This document shows positions 23,516 to 35,536 of a stretch of 46,296 nucleotides of DNA, one piece after another. Source of the stretch: Welwitschia mirabilis (lineage: Eukaryota); the NCBI GenBank assembly GCA_051453625.1, contig JBOZIK010000001.1, forward strand, positions 40,774,658 through 40,820,953, written 5' to 3'. The stretch's first letter is position 1. Each line of letters opens with the position of its first letter. The notes under the pieces were generated by a model. That model was given only the letters and a program-made list of their open reading frames with translations, was not told the DNA's origin and ran no database searches. The translations under genes were made by a program, and so were the position numbers.

Positions 23516-25474
23516 ATCTTTGCATCCTGTTCATTCTAGATTACAATATCCAAATAGATCAAGATAAGAGTCCTTTAAATACCAAAGGTCCCAATTAGTA
23601 GTATTTTTTAAATAATACAAAATTCTTTTAAACTACTATAAGATGTGATTCTCTAAGATCACTTTGTTAATAAGCATAAATTCCTACACTTAAAATGATC
23701 TCAAGTCTACTAGTAGTAAGATATAATAAACTACTGATCATACCTCTGTATAGCTTCTAGTCAACCTTCTTACCATGCTCATATTTATTCAGTTTTATGC
23801 TTTAATTCATTGGGATATCTTTAGCTTTGCAATCTTGTAAATCATACTTAACTAGGAAATTTTTTAATATATTTAGCTTGAAAAATAAATATACCTTATT
23901 TGTGTTGCACAACTTCTAGTCCTAAGACATTGCTCATCTCTCTCATAAGACTCATTTGAAACTCATCCTACATTATTTTAGTAAATGTCTTACATAATAA
24001 TTTGTTAGTATCTCCAAAAATAATATCATATACATATATTTGTACAATGATAAAATCCTTAACAATCCTTTTAATAAATAATGTAACATTAGATGTACCC
24101 CTTTTGAATTAGATGACTAGATATTTTTTTGCACCAAACTATAGGTACTTACTTGAGACCATAAAAAGTCTTTTTCAATTTGTAAACATAGTATGATTTA
24201 TGGGAATTTTTAAAACCTTCTAGTTGCTTAACATATACTTCCTCTTGAAGTACTCCATTTAGAGAGGCACTTTTAACATCCATTTGGTAAATTTTGAATC
24301 TTTTAATATAATAAAAGACTAAAAGCATTCTTGTTGATTCCAGACATGCTATTGGTACAAAGGTTTCTTCAAAATCTATACCTTCTTATTGATTGTATCC
24401 TTTAGCTACGAGCCTTGCTTTATTTCTGATAACATTACCATTTTCATCTATTTTGTTTCTAAGAACCCACTTCATGCCAATAAGAAGTCTATTAGATGGT
24501 CTTAGAGTGAGTTCTTAAATATTACATATTTCAAACTGATTAAGAGCCCCTTACATTGCTAGCATCTAATGTTTATAACTCTCTACTTCATTGAAAGTTT
24601 TGGATTCTACCTAAGAGATATATGCTATAAATCCACAAAATTCCTTAGTATATCTTTAAGTTTGAATACCTCCATAAGAACTACCTATTATGTTGCTTAT
24701 AGAATTACTTCTATTTAGTCTGATCATGTTTGAAGGATTTTCATTATCTATTTCTTTTTCTTTTTCCTCCTCACTATCTTATTGAAATTTAAAATTTCTA
24801 GGCAATTGATCAATCTGTATAGTAATATAATCATTTTACTCATAAATAGACGTTGAATTAATCTCATGTATTTTAACATTTATGGTTTCCTATGCTACAC
24901 GCGTTCTGTCGTTAAACACTTGTTATGATTTACTAACCATTGAATATCCTAGAAAAATGGCACCATTAACTTTAAAATTAAATTTTCTTAGCTTATCATT
25001 TTAATTTAAGGCAAAACATTTTGATCCAAATATATGAAAATAACTTCCAAATGGCTTCTTACCAAACCATAGTTCATATGAATTTTTAGAAGTAAAATGT
25101 CTTACCAGAACTCAATTTGAAATGTAATATGCAGTATTGATAGCTTCTGCTCAAAAATGATAATAATCCTATTTATCATGCATAATTGTTCTTATCATTT
25201 CATTCAGAACTTTGCTCCTTCTTTTACATACTCCATTTTGTTGTGGAGTTCTTGGTGTAAAGAATTGATGGAGAATGCCACACTATTTACAAAATCTCTG
25301 AACTTTGCATGTTTAAATTTAGTATCATCATCACTTCTTATCATCTTGATCTTGTACCCTTTTTGGTGTTGTAACCTAATACATAGATTATAGAAAATGT
25401 TAAATGTTTCATCCTTGTGTACAAGGAAGGCTACTCTTATAAAATGAGAGTAATCATCAATAATATTTAGATAG
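23516..25474 (-). pseudogene. pol: Large-SIRE pol: integrase core, reverse transcriptase and RNase H start
   Basis: YLNIIDDYSHFIRVAFLVHKDETF..IRSDD, KARLVAKGYNQ*EGIDFEETFVP, QMDVKSASLNG, VQIYVYDIIFG. Confidence 0.92.
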
Positions 25475-25832
25475 TGTTGCTGCAAATTTTTGCAGCATGA
25501 ATGCTCTATTTTATTGAAATGTGATGTGCCAAAGCATGGGAGGCCAAGGATGGGTGAAGACCCCTTTTTCCTTGGCCCATATTGGATACAACACCTCTTC
25601 CCTACCTCTCATTGTTGTACAATAGGTTTTTTATACATATGAATTGAGTCATTTTAGGAAAGATTTTGGGGCAACTTAAGGGAGAGAAGGAAGTTCATCG
25701 AATAATTTAAGGGAGATAAGAGAATAGAAAGGGTTTGTTTAATAAGGATGGTTAATTTACTTAAAAATAGATGGAAGGATAGGATGATTTTAACAAAATA
25801 GGAGAAAATATCTCCTCTAGAGTATCCTTACA
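25475..25832 (-). repeat. 3' LTR (~358 bp) of the Tat-like element
   Basis: Minus strand TGTAAGG...GCAACA with TATA (GTATAAAAA) followed by AATAAAA. Its left ~215 bp match 29480-29703. Confidence 0.75.
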
Positions 25833-26597
25833 TATCTCAAAAAGGTAAAACTCATAGTAGAATAAATCTACTCATTTATAATTCTTTGTTCTAGGTAAGA
25901 GTGCATATACTTATTCATATGTTCATTTATTTCATAATGCATGGAATCTATCAATTACACAACATAAAGAAGAAATGTTTATTCATAATATACTGTACCT
26001 ATTACATTTACTAAGGATTGAAATAACTATAAAAGATGTAAAATATAGTATTATGTTTTCTTGAAATTTTGAACTTATTCATTTTATCATGTGATTTAAA
26101 TTCCTTACATAATGGGGTTATCTAGTTTTAAATGTTTAGATAGCCTTTCTCATGAAAATTTTCACCACATAATTATTATCATTTATATGTTAAGTTATAA
26201 AAAATATAAAATTAAGATTAATTACTAAAATTCCATCTTATTTCAATAAATCTTTTAAAGAAGAGGAATTTATTATCTAATTAAAAGCTTAATATGCTTA
26301 ATATCTAAGTAATTAAGGTTTACAAAATGTGTAATATGACAAATTAATAGTTTGATAAGGTAATATTAATATTTCTATATGAACTTATGTCAAGTATTTT
26401 CTTGATTTGATACTCGTGTGCTTCCACTATTTATGCAATTTAACCTAATAGATTTCTTTATGATTTAGTAAGAAATATTTATACTTAATTCTCTTTCTTT
26501 GAGTTGAATTATTATGTTAAGTATACATTTCTTTTTGTGTAGGCCCAAAGCATGATCTTCTTATTTTAAAAAACTATGATTTTCCTTCATCTAAAAT

Positions 26598-28197
26598 TGG
26601 TATTATTGCTAGGAATTCACTTGTTATTTTTATATAAAATATTATATTTTTCTTAAACAATCTACATACACTGATGGAAGTTGCTTTTTTTCAAGTGATT
26701 TTGATATTATGATTATACTCACAAGCCATAATCATACATTACTCTAACAAGTATTCGAGATGCACGCATTCTAACTCTTACTACTTTTGATGCATCTTTT
26801 TTCTTTTCAATACTATGGGATTCATACTAGTAAACATTTTTATAGTTTTAAATCTTCTTCGTCATGTATTCCATGTTTAGCTTTATGTTCACCTTTGATA
26901 TTACCTCTACCTTTTAATTTTGACCATCTTATAGAATCTTTAAATATTCTTTCTATTTAAATGGTCATATAGTAATCCTCAAAATTTTGATCCTCAACCT
27001 ACCCTTAAACAACTTTTTAAAGGTCTTTAAATCAATTCTTCCATTTCTTTTACCTCTAATAGTCATATTTTTATCATAAACCTTAAGGATTCCCCTACTT
27101 TTCATGATTTAGATTATGAGGATCATTATGAGTTTCTTGAAGAATTTAACTTAGTTTATAAGATAACTCATCAAGCTCCTTCTATTGAATTTAATTTAGC
27201 AATTTTTTTTATTCTCTTAAAAGATAAGATTAGACATTGTCTTAGGCTTATCAAAGATAATGAAGATATTTTAAACCTTACAAATTTTAAAGAAGGTTTT
27301 ATTGAGAAATTTATTCTAACTACTTATGTTAATTAAATGAGAAAGCTTATTAATAGATTTAAGCAATATTTTAATGAATCCTATTTTAAAGCTTTTAAGA
27401 ATTTTGAAAATCTTCTAATTAAAAATCACAACCATGGGTTTTAAGTTTTAAGATTAGTTCCTTTTTTTAAGAAGGTTTTAATAAAGAAGCTATAAAGTTA
27501 GTATAAACTTTAACTAATATAAACTTATTAAGTTCTACTACTAATGAAGCATAAAAAGAAGTAGAAGAAATGGTGAAAGTTATTCGAAGATGTGAAAATG
27601 TTGATAATGATAATGAAAGAAGTAATTTTAACTTAAATGAACTTTTTCATAAGAATAAATCTAGTAATAAATTAGGTAAGAACATCAAAGTTCTTTCTAC
27701 TCAATTAGAAAATTAAATTAGAATAAGAAAATCTTAAGAAAAATCCAACTCAATCTTCTTCAAGTTCATATTTTTGTAAGTTATATCAGGTAGATGATTA
27801 TTCCATAAAAATTTGTGAAAATTTTAAGGTAGCTCAAAGTTCTTTGTGTCAAGATCATTATCTTTTTAAAGTTCAAGCCTTTAATTAAAACTATCGTGAT
27901 CCAATGCCATGTAATAAGTACTTCAATTTTCATCTAAATAGTTTCCATCATAATTAAAATCATAATTCCTTTAATTCTTATAAAAATAGTCAATCTCAAT
28001 GGTAACTAAAATCTTTATCTTTTTCTTCTCCACAAGATAATAAGTTAGAATAAATGATGAAGTTGTTGGTTAATCAAATGGTTTTACAACAAAACAATCA
28101 GTAGAGTCATCCTAGCTTACCTTCTTAGTCTACTCCTAATCCAAAATAAACTAATGTGGTAAGCGAGTTTACTAATATAAATGCCATTAGATTAAAA
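26598..28197 (+). mobile_element. gag: Degenerate Athila-type gypsy PBS and gag (LTR remnant upstream from ~25.9 kb), truncated at a gap
   Basis: PBS TGGTATTATTGCTAGGAA at 26598-26615 differs from TGGCGCCGTTGCCGGGGA only by transitions. PTFHDLDYEDHYEFLEEF and SLKDKIRHCL at ~27094-27243. Confidence 0.8.
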
Positions 28198-28895
28198 NNN
28201 NNNNNNNNNNNNNNNNNNNNNNNNNNNNNNNNNNNNNNNNNNNNNNNNNNNNNNNNNNNNNNNNNNNNNNNNNNNNNNNNNNNNNNNNNNNNNNNNNCTT
28301 GCCTTGGAGTCCGGCGGCATATTTCAGATGGCTGTGAATATTGAACAATCGTTTACGTGTTCTTAGAACCACAACTCCCTTTTTCTTCATCATCTTCTTG
28401 TTCTTCTTTTTCGTCATGTCTTTGACTTTATCAAAATCATGAGAAATGCGATTATATCTAAAGGAAAGAGAGCGTTGAAAGAGTTCTCCTACAGAAGCCG
28501 ATTGGGAAATTTTTCGACCCGAAAAGGCTTTACAAACAAATGTAGAAGTCACTGAGGGCGAATCGTATAAGAATCGCCTCTCTTTTTTCAGAGAAACTGC
28601 AGAAACATGTTTCTGGACTCAATGTCTGAATTTGCGTANNNNNNNNNNNNNNNNNNNNNNNNNNNNNNNNNNNNNNNNNNNNNNNNNNNNNNNNNNNNNN
28701 NNNNNNNNNNNNNNNNNNNNNNNNNNNNNNNNNNNNNNATCGTATAAGAATCGCCTCTCTTTTTTCAGAGAAACTGCAGAAACATGTTTCTGGACTCAAT
28801 GTCTGAATTTGCGAATAAGCCAAAGAATTACGCTTCATTTTGGAGTAGGACGACATTTTGCTGCAGGAAAGGGTACAGATTTCCTTCAATTTCGT

Positions 28896-29120
28896 GAGAT
28901 CATCGTAAATGACGGCGATTTTGTCATTGGGGTTATGCGAGAGAACTGTGAACTAGAAATCAGTGCCGAGGGAGTCAGAGGAAGTGAGGTTAAAGGATTG
29001 GACTTGTGCATTCTGCGAGTAGAACTTGGGCTTGTGCGGGTGCAGAACCAAGTAAATGATGAGAATTGCAAAGAGTATGAGCAGTATAAAGAACAACAGA
29101 CACTTTAGGATCCGGCGCAT
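28896..29120 (-). pseudogene. NHL: Captured NDR1/HIN1-like (LEA_2) gene fragment
   Basis: MRRILKCLLFFILLILFAILIIYLVLHPHKPKFYSQNAQVQSFNL..DF*FTVLSHNPNDKIAVIYDDL carries the NHL motifs (TM helix, LxPxKPxF, NPNxKxxxxYD). In-frame TAG at 28953-28955; similarity ends after YDDL. Confidence 0.85.
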
Positions 29121-29461
29121 TTGGACATCCGTAGGTTGTTCAACAGCAACAACCACTTCGAACGTAGATGCAAGAGGAATAAACTGGAACGCGACCAACA
29201 GGTCTCAATTTAGGATAGTTGATTTTCTTATGGAGGAAACGGAGGCAGGAATTGCTGCTTTGGAGTACGATCAAGCATGCGAGCATCTCACGAGCGTCGT
29301 TACTCTTAATATTTACTATGCAGATGCTGCCGATAACGCCTTTCGATCTATGTACACTTCAGCGGCTTACGACGATCTCCCTTCCGCCTTGGATCTCTCA
29401 CAGCTCGTTCTCCAGAAATGCCCCCACCGCACAAAATCAACGCCAGAGAAAACGAGGTTGG

Positions 29462-29478
29462 CCCTCCTCCTAGCACCA
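29462..29478 (-). other. Primer-binding site, Tat/Retand type
   Basis: Minus strand TGGTGCTAGGAGGAGGG, 1 nt after an ..AACA LTR end; resembles TGGCGCTAGAAGGAGGG as recalled for Tat-clade elements. Confidence 0.7.
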
Positions 29479-29479
29479 C

Positions 29480-29703
29480 TGTTGCTGCTAATTTTTGCAA
29501 TATGAATGCTCTATTTTATTGAAATGTGATGTGCCAAAGCGTGGGAGGCCAAGAATGGGTGAAGACCCCTTTTTCCTTAGCCCACATTGGATACAACACC
29601 TCCCCGGCCTCCAACCCACTCTTTTCATTATTGTATAATATGTTTTTTATACATATGGATTGAGTCATTTTAGAAAAGATTTTGGGGCAACTTGAGGAAG
29701 AGA
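29480..29703 (-). repeat. 5' LTR of the Tat-like element (outer end truncated)
   Basis: Close match to 25475-25690; lacks the TGTAAGG start. Confidence 0.8.
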
Positions 29704-29707
29704 ATAG

Positions 29708-30553
29708 CATTTTTTCTTACCAAGACTTTTTAGAGGAGATGGACTAATATATCAAGATGCAAATATTTAAAGGACATTTACCAAATCTTACCCTTGTTTG
29801 ATTTTCTTTTTAGCATATTGTGCAAACTTAATTATCAATGCTTTACAACTTAGAAAGTCCTCTTACCATTTTTTTGAGAATAACATTTTTAATAGTTATT
29901 TATTTATAATGTCCAAGCTTGTTGTTCCATAGATCTATTTCACCTGTAGTACTAATAGACACTTAGTTTCCTTATTTAAAACATCTTGTAGAGGAGTGAT
30001 ATAGAACTTTGATTTTCTAATAGTAGCAAATAACACTTTGGCTGAGTTATGTTCTTTAATAACACAATCACCTTGGTAAAAGTAACAAAAAACTTTGCAA
30101 CAAATAACTAACACACACTTAACAAATTATGTTGTAATCCTTCTACTAAAAAAAACATCTTTTGCATTAGATAGGTTACTGCCTTCAATGGTTCTAATAC
30201 CTTTGATAGATGCCTCTATGTTATCTTCAAATATGACCACTCCTTTGTCTTGTTCTATTAAAGTGGTAAAGAAGGACTTGTCTTTAATCATATGCCTTAA
30301 ACATTCATTGTCAGCATAAGAGGCATGTTTCTTTACTACTCAGTTTAATCTGAGTTAATAGAGATAGTCTTAAGTTTGGGATTATTTTCTTTTGTTTAAC
30401 CTACACAAAACATTATACCATACTTGTTGGTCTTTTGGCATTATTAGTGTAATATTTGGTTTTGAATTTTATTAAAAAACTAAATTAATAATGACCTCAT
30501 TTGTAGTAGTAGTAATAGATAGCATTATTTCTATTAACTAAATGCTTATGCCT
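29708..30553 (-). pseudogene. pol: Large-SIRE gag C-terminus, protease and GAG-pre-integrase
   Basis: YYYYK*GHY (zinc knuckle), YADNECLRHMIKDKSFF (WYLDSGCSRHMTGD), LVEGLQHNLLSV, CTIC*KENQTR, PSPLKSLGKKK. Confidence 0.85.
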
Positions 30554-31401
30554 TACAGACTTTTGAGGCGTTTATTTCAATGAAGGTCTTGATGTTTTTA
30601 AGGCGTTTATTCAAATAAGTGCCTTAAAGATAACGGAAACGCTGATCGTTTTAAGGCGTTTAATGGAACAAGCGCCTTAAAATTTACTTTAACAATCTTT
30701 ATAAAATAATTTGTTTCTTTCATTTCGCGCGTTACATCTTTCTTTCACTGCGCGCGTTTCATTTTTACTCGGTTACCCTAACGCTTGCGCATTTGATGTT
30801 TGCTACATGTTTAATCTTTCCTTGGTTGCCCTAATCCCGGCGTGTTTGGTCTTTTCTACCAAGAAGGTGGTGTACGCGATATCGTTTTCTACCTCCACAC
30901 TGATCTTGTCCGGAATCTCAGCAATATGTGTAATCTTTGTCTCCACAAAGGCTGGCTACAGGTTAGGGCTTTTCATATTCACATTTTCAAATTTTTTTCA
31001 ATTTCATTCTCTTCTCCATTTGGCTTGCTAGTTTTAATCATTTTAACCACTTTCCTGGACAATCGGACCAGGGTTGTAAGTTCTAGGGTTTTGATTTTGT
31101 ACTGTTGAAGAGCACACACCAGAAACGAAATGCGTAAGATAGAAGAAAGTGCCCTGCAAACTAGTGAAACGCCTAGCCAAGGCCCCATCCATAGCCTGTT
31201 GGAAATGCAAGCATCCACAGCGGGAGAGGGGATTGTGTTGAATGTGGGGTGCAATCTAAATTGATACCTGAACCCACAAACAAAATGGATGAGTATTCAA
31301 CGATTTTGTTTTGAAGGTTTTGACCCTTCCTGGAGCATATTTCACTCCAACGATTTTGTTCAAGATCAGAAAATCTCTATTTTGTTAGCATATTTCAAGC
31401 G

Positions 31402-31735
31402 TAAAGGTTTATTAAAGATCAGTTTTTGTGCTTTGTTTTGTAATCATATTCTAGTCAAAGGATTCCCCCCAACCCCCCCTTCCCACACCCTCAAGATCGT
31501 TTTTCGTGTTTTGTTTCGTAAGCATATTCCAATCAAAGGATTTCTTTTTTCTAGATCGTTTTTTCTGTTTTGTTCTGTAACCATGTTCCAGTCAAAGGAT
31601 TTTTTCCAAGATCTCTGTTTTTTTGGTCTTTTGCTTTGTTAAAATATATTTAAGGATTCTTTCAAGGTCTTTTTTCCTTTGTTCTGTTTTGTGAGCAATC
31701 AAAGGATTCTATTCAACATTATTTTTTCGTGTTTC
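31402..31735. repeat. Minisatellite, ~55-75 bp x 6
   Basis: Unit tcaaaggatt..caagatcgttttt..ttttgtt..gtaa.cat.ttcca. Confidence 0.75.
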
Positions 31736-31970
31736 CTTTCTTCGTCTCCACAAAATAAGGGTGTGAAAGGTGAATGATTCAAATCCTCTTGCAGAAAATA
31801 AGACTCGAAATCCATTGAGTTTAGTTTCATATTTTCCCCGCATAGTTCGCTTAATACTTATGGCCTGTAAGCTTCTTATGTGAAGCATTAGGAATGGAAA
31901 CTTTGTAATTCCTACAGGTCACAAAGGCTACGCTTCCTTTGCTCCGACAAATAGTGGAAGCACTACAAAG

Positions 31971-32223
31971 ATCTTTGATTTAAAGGCGTTGAAGGTCTTC
32001 ACGCCGCATTTTCGACGAAAGAATTGTCAATGAAAATTTCTAATTGAACGCACTGTTTGTTGTGAACCATTAGCTGATCTGGGGATTGTCGCTTTACGGT
32101 CACCGTTGATGAAGTATTATCTTTATCATCAACCTTTTGCTCTATCCCGTGAATAAGACCTTCTTTAGGCATTTCTGTGCGGGAGAGAACGTGGCGGAGG
32201 TTTCTGTTACTGTAGATAAGATG
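31971..32223 (+). pseudogene. PRODH: Captured proline dehydrogenase (ProDH/POX) N-terminal fragment
   Basis: VEGLHAAFSTKEL.., CEPLADLGIVALRSPLM and, after a frameshift, LLYPVNKTFFRHFCAGENVAEVSVTVDKM. HFCAGE at 32170-32187 and the upstream PxVDLG..S.LM are ProDH motifs. Confidence 0.8.
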
Positions 32224-34737
32224 TTGAAAATGTTGAAAATGTTTACTGGAGCTGAATTGTTGTTCCTCACTCTTCCTATTTGATAACTGTGTCTATCTTT
32301 TTCCTGTAGTCTTTATTGCTTAAGCAGTTGTCCATCTAAATTATTTTTCTTCCAACTTGTGTCAGTTTAAAAGAACAAATAGTACATTTATATCATGGCT
32401 GATAATCATTTTGTTTGAAGTTTAAAGCAGTGAACTATGTTAATTATTTCTTATCGTGTTTAGCTGGAGCAGCAATAAGGCAGCTTAGAACTTATACATA
32501 GGAAAACTAATTATTCTCTTGCTTTCTTCAGATATACATATGCATTAACCTCCAGGAGACATACTTTTATTTATGACTGGGCACGTGCACCATCTTTCTC
32601 CCACTTAACCTCTTCCTTCCACCTTTCTATTGCATACATTCAAAAAACTTCTTCCTTCCTTTTTTCTATTGCATAAGATTTAATTGCAGATATATCTAGT
32701 TAATCGATTTTAGGCTATATTATTAGAATGCATTTTTGGAAATAACCTGAGTTTAATGTCTATGTTTCAACTTTCTAGACAACTTTAAGATATTGATCTT
32801 TTTTCATGATCAATTCAAAGTTCTTCAAATTATTTCCTGCTTTGGAGATATAAACCAAACAATAAAGCTGATGGTGGTGTCTCTATATTGTGTGATAAAA
32901 GAAAGTAATTAAAAATTTAAAATAATGATTATTTTAAATATGTGGCAAATACTTCTACATATTAGTTTGAGAGTATGAGAACTAGAACCTTGTAGCTTCT
33001 TCAGTATATTTAACTATGCTTTAAATACCTGCCTTAAATATGTTGGAATTTGATTGGGATCACATGACTCTAAGAGTTGAGATGAGTCACTTATGAGTAG
33101 ATGACTCATTGAAGCTTGGTGAGTCACTCTCTTTGACTTGACATCCCTTGAAAAAGTTAGATCATGAGAAGTGACTTAGGAGTCAAAAAATTTGACTCTC
33201 TGCATGTAATAAAGAGTTAAATTTTCTTTTTTCAAATTTTTTGACTTTTTGATAAATAACTGATCCCATGTGTTATGAAAGCATAAATAGGATTTTAACA
33301 ATTCATTTCACATTTTAAACACTCCATTGGATTATTACTACTTATGTACTTAAGTTTTACATATTTGAAAAGAATCTATGTTTTATGTGTTTTGTTGTTG
33401 ATATGATGTTAAGTTCAATTGATTATTTGTATGATTCCATTGAAAAAATTCTTTGCTTGTACATGCTAGAGAATTGTTCCCAATTGGGTGATAACATCAC
33501 CAAATTATTTCTTAGGTAGCTATTAAAATGTATCTTTAACACTGAAGGTAAAAAAAGGAATGCATGAGAATGACCTTAAAGAGTTTCTAGGGAATGTCAG
33601 CAAAAAGAAAAATGCAGGTAGAAAAGATACAAAAAGATTTATGTGGTAAAAATCTTAATAAGAAAGCAATGCAGTGCCCTTATTAGAGAAACAACCTTAT
33701 AAAACAAGTCAAAAGTGGCTTCAAGCTTCAGCTCTCTCTGACAAGAGTCACTCCTCAAGTTAAATGCTATCATAAGAACTTAATGCCCCAACATAATCCT
33801 ATAAAGAGATCAAATAGATGTAGGGTCGAATCTTCTATTACATCTAGTCCTATTTGCTTTAATCACAAGTATCGTTTAAACCCCACATAGCCTATACATG
33901 ACTATGCCAACCCTAAGGTGACTTTATTAAAAGAATCACATTTACAAAGGGAATACATTTGGCTTAATAATATAACATAATTAAGTTTAATTGAAAGAGT
34001 TCTTTACCCTGATGTTGCAATTCCAATGGAAGATGGCTTGGAGCCATTCCCAGGAAATGCATTTGAGTGCACTAGTCTCCCACTTAAACAAGTTCAAATC
34101 CAGAATGTGCTAGTTTTACTAGGGCTTTAGAAATTTTCTTCACCTATACATCCTAAAGAACCGTTCTCAACTGGGTGACAACATTGCCAGACTATTTCTT
34201 AGGTAGCTCTTAACATATAGCTCTCAACATGTATCTTTGGAGATCTGATCTCTTGTGATCTGCTCTAATAGATTCCTTAAAAGAATTGTCCTTCATACCT
34301 TTGAGTGTACAAGATAAAATTATTTGTAAGAAAAATAAATATGTGATCATAAAGAATTAAAGAGAGAGAATCTTCACTGCTTCAAAAGAAGAAATAAAGA
34401 AAAAACAAGATTAATTATGGATTTTTAACACCAAAAAGGAGTGCATAATGAGTGTAAATGAAATAAAAAATTGTCTTAAAATTTTTCAAGTATGGAGGGG
34501 CAAGATCTAGCATAAGAAATTTGAAGGCCATGATGAATACAGATGATTTGTAATGGAGACCTATGGGGACTTATATAACCTTGTTTAAAGTTTCATAAAG
34601 ATTTTGCTATGGTTTCAAACAATTTTTTTCTTAGTAGCAAAGGGATGTCATACTAGTGGGGTTGAAAAGGAATCTTCTATCTCATACATTGACACATTAT
34701 AAGTAAGGTTCATTTATATCTTCTACATTATAACATC

Positions 34738-34940
34738 TTTTGAGTAATATGGTTATGGTATTGGTCCAAGTTTTGGTCCTAGAATGAATCAAGAATATGG
34801 TGGTGATAGTTTTGGAGGAAGCCTTAGCTATGGCACAGAATTGGAAACAGCTTATCCTATAGCTTCAAGTAGGTATGATGAACCTCTAAGCTATAGTAGA
34901 AATAAAATAGCTTAAGGAGGTTACACAGGCACAACATCAG
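34738..34940 (+). pseudogene. Probable captured fragment of the Gly/Tyr-rich C-terminus of an hnRNP A/B-like RNA-binding protein
   Basis: YGYGIGPSFGPRMNQEYGGDSFGGSLSYGTELETAYPIASSRYDEPLSY resembles plant hnRNP GYGMGxNFEPG..YGG..F..LSYGRGL..Y..NS.R..P.GY. Low complexity. Confidence 0.45.
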
Positions 34941-35536
34941 AGGTAGAGTGAAATGCAGGGGAAAAGAGTATTAACAACAAAAAGGGCTAGACAAAACTCA
35001 GAAACAAGGAATACTACTGATAACTCATCTCTTTGTAGAAACATAGGGTAGTAGTAAAATTACAATATGTTNNNNNNNNNNNNNNNNNNNNNNNNNNNNN
35101 NNNNNNNNNNNNNNNNNNNNNNNNNNNNNNNNNNNNNNNNNNNNNNNNNNNNNNNNNNNNNNNNNNNNNNNNNNNNNNNNNNNNNNNNNNNNNNNNNNNN
35201 NNNNNNNNNNNNNNNNNNNNNNNATAGGCAAATCTCTAGTTGAGAGAAAGAATGAGGCATACATAAATCATGTAAATAGTGCATAAATCATGATTTTTTT
35301 TTTTAAACCGTAGTGAACCAAAAGGATTTTTTAGGTTTCATTCCTCAAAACTATTTTATGGCGTTTATTTAAAAAAAAGCTTCAAAAGGATTTTAAGGTG
35401 TTTCCTTAGATAAACGTCTTAAAGCCTTTCGAGGCGCTTCTTTAAGAAACGCCTTAAAAGACATTTTAAGGCAATCCTTAAAAGCCTTTAAGGCGTTTTT
35501 TATTGCTTACCTTAAAAGCCTATATTTCTTTTACTG

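Larger units (their letters stand above)
25475..29703 (-). mobile_element. Non-autonomous short-LTR Tat/Retand-like retroelement carrying host-gene fragments, inserted in the SIRE integrase
   Basis: Direct repeats 25475-25832 and 29480-29703, PBS at 29462-29478, ATAG at both junctions. The host frame SLGKKKC|YLNIIDDYS is restored on removal. Contains two gaps. Confidence 0.75.
30554..35536. mobile_element. Non-autonomous CACTA (En/Spm) element with captured gene fragments (Pack-CACTA), inserted in the SIRE gag
   Basis: Right end reads CAGTAAAAGAAA on the minus strand (decayed CACTACAAGAAA). Subterminal AAGGCGTTT/AAACGCCTT repeats at 30560-30680 and ~35355-35520. Left TIR truncated. SIRE gag continues on both sides. 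Confidence 0.75.

Noticed and set aside
28562-28813. Identical 75-bp duplication flanking the 28639-28738 gap
   Set aside because: Typical unmerged contig overlap; assembly artefact.
28632-29108. 158-aa + strand ORF
   Set aside because: Antisense shadow of the NHL fragment, and it spans an N gap.
30830-30960. Minus-strand [18 protein letters not shown] vaguely like ubiquitin
   Set aside because: Too few conserved residues to support without a search.
31402-31735. Repeat-spacer-like pattern suggestive of a CRISPR array
   Set aside because: Eukaryotic context, degenerate units, mutually similar spacers and no cas genes; it is a minisatellite.
31961-31990. cactacaaag..aaggcgtt as an internal CACTA TIR
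   Set aside because: No subterminal repeat cluster follows and it overlaps the ProDH-like frame; unresolved, probably coincidental.
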